The notes under the pieces were generated by a model, which saw only the letters and a program-made list of their open reading frames with translations, searched no databases and had not been told where the DNA came from. Made by a program: the position numbers and the translations under genes. Positions 43,110 through 48,898 of a stretch of DNA of 48,898 nucleotides are shown piece by piece. Numbering within the stretch: the stretch's first letter is position 1; each line of letters opens with the position of its first letter. The DNA comes from a virus. Lineage: Duplodnaviria; Caudoviricetes. The DNA is taken from positions 1-48,898 of the IMG/VR virus record IMGVR_UViG_3300048999_000260; one strand, written 5' to 3'.

Positions 43110-46100
43110 CCGACCCGATCGACGTTGCATATGTGGAGATCCGTGCCGACGGAAGTAAGTTCGGTCCGGACGTCGCGGGCACCGTCGATCGGGAGATGGC
43201 CAAGTCCGGCAAGCAGATCAAGGACTCGATCGTCAAGCCGGTCGACGAGGCGGCCAAGCAGACCGGGTCGATCTTCTCCGGACTGGGCCAGTCCATCTCG
43301 AACGGGCTGCGTCCCGGAATCACGCAGGTCAACAACTTTCGCGCCGGCTTCAACGACTCCCGGGCCGCGGCATCGGCGTTCACCGGCACCATGGGAACGC
43401 TCGGTGGCGTAACACGGACCGCGCTCAACCCGTCGATCACCGCGCTTCAGAACTTCCACTCCGGTTTCGTCTCAACGGACGCGGCGGCCTCGGCGTTCAC
43501 CGGCCGGATGGGCACGCTCGGCGGTGTCGTTCGTAGCACGCTGAATCCGGCGATCACGAGCGTTCAGAACTTCCACTCCGGACTGGTGTCAAGTGACGCC
43601 GCGGCGTCCGTGTTCTCCGGGCGCATGGGCACGCTCGGTGGCGTGGTGACGTCGACGTTCCGCGTTGGACAGTCGGCCGTGACCGGGTTCGGCAACGTGG
43701 TCGGCAGCACGTTCCGCGGCGCGCAGACGGTAGCCAAGGACTTCGGCAACATCGGATCCCAGGTCGCCTCGAAGATCGGCAGCGCGTTCGAGACGTCGGC
43801 CCGCAACATGGAGTCACGCTTCACCGGCGCGATGACACGCATGAAGGGTGCGGCACTCGGCATCGGTGGGGCGCTCGGTGTCGGTGGGATCGGCGCGCTG
43901 ATCGGCGCTGGCATCAGCCGAATCTCAGACATCGAGCAGACGACCAAGTCACTGCAGGTCATGACAGGTTCCGCCAGTAAGGCGAAGGACGTCATGAACG
44001 AGCTGCTGACGTTCGCGAAGACCACGCCATTTTCGTTCCCTGACGTCTCCGAGATCGGTCGAAACCTCGTCGCGTTCGGTGTCGACACAAGCAAGGTCGT
44101 ACCGATCCTGAAGTCGTTGGGCGACGCGGCGTCTGCGTCCGGCCAGGGCACGCAGGCGATGCAATCGCTGGGCAACGCGATCGGTTCGGTCGCGATCGCC
44201 GGCAGCATCGGCGGTCAGGATCTCCAGTCGTTCCAGGCGGTCGGTGTTCCGGCACTGAAGATCTTGGCGAACACCGCCGGTGTGTCCGCGGACGAGATGG
44301 CCAAGCGCATCAGTAAGGGGACCGTTGACTCAAACTTTGCCATCGATTCACTGGTAAAGGGAATTGAGAACGGAACGAACGGACTTGCCGGCCAGACCGC
44401 CAAGATGGGCGGGATCATGGCGTCCCAAAAGGACACCATCGCCGGCACGATGGACTCCTTCAAGTCGTCGGTCACATCGACGATGGCGACGTTGCTCACG
44501 CCCGCAATTCCGCTGATGCGCCAGGGCGTCGGTGCGATCGGCAACGAGTTCAAGAAGTTGCCCGCCCTGATCACGACGATCAAGGACCGGCTCCAGTCAC
44601 TCGGGTTCATCGACGCGATCAAGAACATGTTCGCCGGTATCGGCAACATCATCTCCGCCATCTGGCCGGTACTCCAGCGGTTCGGCCAGGTGTTCGCCGT
44701 CGTGTTCGGCGCTGGCACGCTCGTCATCCTGCGCGCGCTCGGCGCGGCGTTCCAGTGGATCGGCGATCGCATCCGTCAGTTCCTCCCGGTGCTGCAACCG
44801 ATCGCCACGGTTCTCGGTGCGGTGTGGGGTGCCACCATGCTGCTGCGCACCGCGCTGATGCTCGGCGGTGCGGCGATGCTGGTGTGGAAGGGCATCATGG
44901 TCGCGTTCGGACCGATCATGAAGATCTTCACCGCGCTTCAGTGGGCGCTGAACGTCGCGATGAACGCGAACCCGATCAGCTTGATCATCATCGCGATCGT
45001 CGCGCTGGTCGCCGCGTTCGTGATCCTCTGGAACAAGTCGGCCGGTTTCCGTCAGTTCTGGATCGGACTGTGGCAGACCATCTCTGACTTCTTCATCGGC
45101 GTGTGGCACGGCATGCAGTCGGTCTTTACGACGGTGATCGACGCGTTGAAGAGCGCGTGGAATGCCGCGTGGAAGTTCATCAGCGACATCATCTCCGCGG
45201 TGTGGAACGGCTTCCTCAAGCCGATCTTTGACGCGATCACCGCCGCCGTGCAGGCGGTCGGTGCGGCCGCGCAGTGGTTGTGGCTGAACATCCTCCAGCC
45301 AGTCTTCAACTTCATCGGTGCCGCGGCCGTGATCATGGGTAAGATCATGCTCGGTCTCGTGCTGATTCCGCTCGTCGCGTTCTGGCAGTTCGTTCTCGCA
45401 CCGACCGCGTTGTGGCTGTGGCACAACGTGATCGAACCCGTGTTTAACGGGATCGGGGCGGTCGTTCAGTTCACGATCAACAACATCATTATCCCGATTC
45501 AGAACATGTTGGTCGCGTCGTGGAAGATCTTGGAGGCCGCGGCGCTCTGGTTCTGGCACAACGTCATCGAGCGTGTGTGGAACGGCATCGGGGCGATCAT
45601 CCAGTTCACGATCAACAACGTGATCATGCCGGTAGCCAACTTCCTCAAGGGAGGGATCGATCTTCTCGGTGCCACGTTCGTGTACCTGTGGCAGAACTAC
45701 GTGGTACCGGCGTGGAACGCGATCGGCAACGCCATCTCGTTCGGGTGGCACAACATCATCGAACCGATCTTCCACTTCATCAAGGGCGGCGTCGACTTCC
45801 TCGGTGCGACGTTCAACTACCTGTGGCACAACTACGTTGAGCCGATCTGGAACGGCATCGGCAACGCGATCAGGTTCGTATGGGACAAGGTCATCTCGCC
45901 GGCGTTCGAGGCGATCAAGAACGGTGTCAGCAGGGTCGGTGACTTCTTCAGCTCCGCTAAGGACACCGTGGAGCGGATCTGGGGCCAGCTCGGCGACATC
46001 GCGATGAAGCCGATCCGCTTCGTGGTCAACACGGTCCTGGACGACGGCCTGATTGCCGGCTGGAACAAGGTCGTGGATTTCCTGCACCTCGGCTTCCTTC

Positions 46101-47488
46101 ACATCCCGCCGATTCCGCGGCTGGCAACCGGCGGCATCATCCCCGGCTACACGCCGGGGCGTGACACGCACATGATCGCGGTCGGTGGCGGCGAGGCCGT
46201 GATGCGTCCGGAGTGGACGCGCGCGGCCGGTGCGGGCTACGTCCACGGCGCGAACCAAGCGGCTCGCTCCGGAGGAGTGGGCGGTGCGCAGTCGTTCATC
46301 CAGAGGAACGGTCTCCCGGGCTACAGCGTCGGTCAAGGTTTCGCTAACGGTGGCGTGGTTGGTTGGATCGGCAACGCACTGAGCTCGGTCGGTGACTTCG
46401 TCGGTGGTGCGTTCAACGGTCTGATGAACTTCGGCGGACAGGTACTCGACTTTATCTCAAGTCCCGTCGACAGCATGGAGAAGCTGCTCAACGGGATCAT
46501 CAGTGGTATCGGCATGAACGTCGGTGACGTCGGCAAGTTTGCGGATCTCGCCTTGCAAGCACCGAAGAACATGGTCGGTGGCATGGTCCAGAAGATCAAG
46601 GACTGGTGGAACAGCTTCATGGCGCAGTCCGGCGCGAACGTCGGTGGCGCCGGCGTGCAACGCTGGGCACCGTTGGTACTTCAGGCTTTGGCTATGCTCG
46701 GTCAACCGGCGAGCCTGTTGCCGAACGTCCTCCGCCGGATGAACCAGGAGTCCGGCGGCAACCCGAACGCCATCAACAACTGGGACTCGAACGCGGCCGC
46801 CGGCCACCCGTCGCAGGGCCTGATGCAGACGATCCCCGGTACGTTCGCCGCGTACGCCGGACCGTTCGCGTCGCTCGGGATCTTGAATCCGCTGGCCAAC
46901 ATCTACGCCGGCTTGAACTACGCGATTCATCGATACCCGTCGCTTCAGTACGCGATGGACAAGCCGGGCGGCTACGACGGTGGCGGCTGGCTGATGCCCG
47001 GCCAGTTCGGGTACAACGGAACGTCCACGCCGGAGCCGGTCTTCAACAGCGCGCAGTGGTCGGCTATCACGTCGAGCTTGGATGTCAAGAACGCGGCGTC
47101 CGAGTTGTTGAACCGGATCGCGAGCGGTGGCTCGATCTTCGAAGATCTGTCCTTCTACGGGCAGTCGCGTAACGGCGCGGCGAACAACGATCTTCTCACG
47201 AACCTGTTTGGTGCGACGTATGGCCAACAGGACTTCGGTGCGAACGGCTACAACACCGCGGTCCTCACGCAGTTTCTCAGCAGCGTCGTTACGTCGACGA
47301 CGCGCCAGACGTCCGCGACCACCGCGGTGGCGACCGCGACGCAGCGGACCACCGACACGCTGGCCGACAAGCTCGATGCGATCATCGCCCTGCTGCGGCA
47401 GCGTCAGACCTTACGTGCGGATCTGGTCCTGGACGGCAAGGTGCTCGCGCAGTGGTTCCAACAGCTTGAGACGATGGGGGGTGTGTAA
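43106..47488 (+). CDS. tape measure protein with C-terminal lytic transglycosylase domain
   Basis: 1460 aa; FAKTTPF tape-measure domain, ANPI, Trp-periodic repeats, QESGGNPNAINNWDSNA..GHPSQGLMQTI. Confidence 0.95.
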   Translation: MTDPIDVAYVEIRADGSKFGPDVAGTVDREMAKSGKQIKDSIVKPVDEAAKQTGSIFSGLGQSISNGLRPGITQVNNFRAGFNDSRAAASAFTGTMGTLGGVTRTALNPSITALQNFHSGFVSTDAAASAFTGRMGTLGGVVRSTLNPAITSVQNFHSGLVSSDAAASVFSGRMGTLGGVVTSTFRVGQSAVTGFGNVVGSTFRGAQTVAKDFGNIGSQVASKIGSAFETSARNMESRFTGAMTRMKGAALGIGGALGVGGIGALIGAGISRISDIEQTTKSLQVMTGSASKAKDVMNELLTFAKTTPFSFPDVSEIGRNLVAFGVDTSKVVPILKSLGDAASASGQGTQAMQSLGNAIGSVAIAGSIGGQDLQSFQAVGVPALKILANTAGVSADEMAKRISKGTVDSNFAIDSLVKGIENGTNGLAGQTAKMGGIMASQKDTIAGTMDSFKSSVTSTMATLLTPAIPLMRQGVGAIGNEFKKLPALITTIKDRLQSLGFIDAIKNMFAGIGNIISAIWPVLQRFGQVFAVVFGAGTLVILRALGAAFQWIGDRIRQFLPVLQPIATVLGAVWGATMLLRTALMLGGAAMLVWKGIMVAFGPIMKIFTALQWALNVAMNANPISLIIIAIVALVAAFVILWNKSAGFRQFWIGLWQTISDFFIGVWHGMQSVFTTVIDALKSAWNAAWKFISDIISAVWNGFLKPIFDAITAAVQAVGAAAQWLWLNILQPVFNFIGAAAVIMGKIMLGLVLIPLVAFWQFVLAPTALWLWHNVIEPVFNGIGAVVQFTINNIIIPIQNMLVASWKILEAAALWFWHNVIERVWNGIGAIIQFTINNVIMPVANFLKGGIDLLGATFVYLWQNYVVPAWNAIGNAISFGWHNIIEPIFHFIKGGVDFLGATFNYLWHNYVEPIWNGIGNAIRFVWDKVISPAFEAIKNGVSRVGDFFSSAKDTVERIWGQLGDIAMKPIRFVVNTVLDDGLIAGWNKVVDFLHLGFLHIPPIPRLATGGIIPGYTPGRDTHMIAVGGGEAVMRPEWTRAAGAGYVHGANQAARSGGVGGAQSFIQRNGLPGYSVGQGFANGGVVGWIGNALSSVGDFVGGAFNGLMNFGGQVLDFISSPVDSMEKLLNGIISGIGMNVGDVGKFADLALQAPKNMVGGMVQKIKDWWNSFMAQSGANVGGAGVQRWAPLVLQALAMLGQPASLLPNVLRRMNQESGGNPNAINNWDSNAAAGHPSQGLMQTIPGTFAAYAGPFASLGILNPLANIYAGLNYAIHRYPSLQYAMDKPGGYDGGGWLMPGQFGYNGTSTPEPVFNSAQWSAITSSLDVKNAASELLNRIASGGSIFEDLSFYGQSRNGAANNDLLTNLFGATYGQQDFGANGYNTAVLTQFLSSVVTSTTRQTSATTAVATATQRTTDTLADKLDAIIALLRQRQTLRADLVLDGKVLAQWFQQLETMGGV
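43334..43660 (+). repeat. 3 x 117-nt (39-aa) repeat in tape measure N-terminus
   Basis: NFxxGxxxxxAAASxFxGxMGTLGGV units starting at 43334, 43451, 43568. Confidence 0.9.
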
Positions 47489-48369
47489 TGGTCCAGACCT
47501 TTACGTGGATCGACCCGGACGGCGCGCAGACACCGCTGACGATCTCGTGGGACATCAACGGCCGGTTCATGCCACCGGTGACGTTCATCTCGGACAAGCT
47601 GCCGAACTACGACGGCGACGTGCCACGGCACGTCCGACACGAGGCACGTCTGCTGAAGATCACGGGCTTCCTGCAGGCGGCGTGTCAGTCGACGGACCCG
47701 ATCGCGGACGTCTACGCGCAGCTCGTGCATCTGGTCACCGCGATGAATCCGAAGCGCGGTATCGGCACGCTGCGTGTCATGAACGCGGCCGGCCAACAAC
47801 GCGACTTGAAGTGCTACTACACCAGCGGTCTCGAACTGCCGGAGCAGTTCGGGTCGTCCGCGGCGCGACGCGTGCATAAGATCGACCTGGTGTTCACGGC
47901 GTTCGATCCATATTGGACGGGTACGTCGACGACCGTGCTCGACTTCCCGTCGGGTGCCGCCGTCAACTTCTTCCCGTTCTTTCCGCTGCGCCTGACGACG
48001 TCGCAGATCGTCGTCTCACAGCTGATCGTGACCGATGCCACCGTGGAGACGTGGCCGATCTGGAAGCTGTTCGGTCCGGGTGGGACGATCATCTTGACCA
48101 ACCTGGACACCGGTGAGAAGACCGAACTGACGAACGGCGCCGGCGTGACGATCAGCACGGGTGACTACATCATCATTGACACGCGACCCGGTATCAAGAC
48201 GATCACGCGCGCGAGCGACGGCGCGAACCTGTGGCCGTTCATGACCCCCGACTCCACGCTGTGGTCGATCCCACCGGGAGGCGCGTACCTCGAGCTCCAG
48301 ATGACCGGTACCTCACCGGGACTTTCCGTTCTTGAGTTGACCTACGTGCCGAGGTACTTGACGATATGA
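47488..48369 (+). CDS. distal tail protein (Dit-like)
   Basis: Follows tape measure; GTLRV, FTAFDPYW, TWPIW.L.GP, IDTRPG. Confidence 0.85.
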   Translation: MVQTFTWIDPDGAQTPLTISWDINGRFMPPVTFISDKLPNYDGDVPRHVRHEARLLKITGFLQAACQSTDPIADVYAQLVHLVTAMNPKRGIGTLRVMNAAGQQRDLKCYYTSGLELPEQFGSSAARRVHKIDLVFTAFDPYWTGTSTTVLDFPSGAAVNFFPFFPLRLTTSQIVVSQLIVTDATVETWPIWKLFGPGGTIILTNLDTGEKTELTNGAGVTISTGDYIIIDTRPGIKTITRASDGANLWPFMTPDSTLWSIPPGGAYLELQMTGTSPGLSVLELTYVPRYLTI

Positions 48370-48898
48370 CCATCGACATCTTCAAGCGATTCAAGGTTTA
48401 CCTGGTCGATCCGCACGACAATCGCGCCGGCGAGATCGACGACTTTCGTTCGCTCACGGCCAAGCAGATCTGGAACAACGTCGGCACGTGGTCGATGGAA
48501 CTCGACCGCTCGTCATCGAAGCTTGTGCCGTTGACCACGCCAATGTATGGCATCGACATCTGGGACACCGCGCTCAACCAGTCGTTCCTCCGTGGGTTGA
48601 TCGACACACGTGAGCAGAAGTACGACGCCACAACGGATACGCTCACGGTCACCGGGTGGGACGACAACCAGTGGCTCAACTGGAGGCTGGCTCACCCGTC
48701 GCCGACCGAAGGCTTTCCGCCGTACACCGTCCAGGCGTATGACGTCCGGACCGGTCAGGCGTCCAACGTGATCCACCAGTACGCGGACGTCAACTTCGGG
48801 CCGAACGCCTTCTCTAGCCGCATCGTCACACCGGTGCCGTCGTTCGACGTGGGTCTCGGTGCGACGATCACCGGCCGCGCGCGGTTCGAGGTGCTGCT
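48366..48898 (+). CDS. minor tail protein (Gp37-like), 3'-truncated
   Basis: MTIDIFKRFKVYLVDPHDNRAGEIDDFRSL...WNNVGTWSMEL; open to window end. Confidence 0.8.
   Translation, partial: MTIDIFKRFKVYLVDPHDNRAGEIDDFRSLTAKQIWNNVGTWSMELDRSSSKLVPLTTPMYGIDIWDTALNQSFLRGLIDTREQKYDATTDTLTVTGWDDNQWLNWRLAHPSPTEGFPPYTVQAYDVRTGQASNVIHQYADVNFGPNAFSSRIVTPVPSFDVGLGATITGRARFEVL

Larger units (their letters stand above)
1703..46218. repeat. dispersed 13-bp pseudo-palindrome GTCCACATCGGAC / GTCCRNNNYGGAC
   Basis: Exact copies at 6719, 13639, 17933, 21613, 38861 (+) and 2202, 5054, 10855 (-), plus about 12 further consensus matches. Confidence 0.9.

Noticed and set aside
1-48898. Integrase, att site or host flank
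   Set aside because: None is recognisable, so phage versus prophage status cannot be decided from this window.

Overview
High-GC actinobacterial siphovirus (phage or prophage) segment, with essentially all genes on the + strand. Bases 1-15.2 kb are an accessory region of small, mostly hypothetical genes plus structured RNAs. Bases 15.3-48.9 kb are the late module: terminase, membrane/holin genes, a sugar-nucleotide/glycosyltransferase cluster, portal, MuF-ADP-ribosyltransferase, HNH-like protein, 2H phosphoesterase, maturation protease, hexamer- and pentamer-type capsid proteins, major tail protein, papain-like protease, GH25 lysozyme, accessory structural genes, neck genes, tail chaperone, tape measure with transglycosylase, distal tail and minor tail proteins. 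Main observations: (1) a conserved 248-aa gene is followed directly by a ~630-nt structured RNA with two circularly permuted (YrlA/Y-RNA-like) tRNA modules, a tRNA with an AUU anticodon and a terminator; (2) a 13-bp pseudo-palindrome, GTCCACATCGGAC (consensus GTCCRNNNYGGAC), is dispersed about 20 times across the window regardless of reading frame; (3) two head-module enzymes share a peptide tag (AFGxPDQxRDxHGRWG) and TAA-type putative cleavage motifs recur across the head proteins; (4) a C-methyltransferase/GDP-mannose dehydratase/glycosyltransferase cluster sits inside the virion module; (5) a tRNA-Ser appears to fold as an 8/4 allo-tRNA. All family assignments come from motif recognition by eye; no database search was run.
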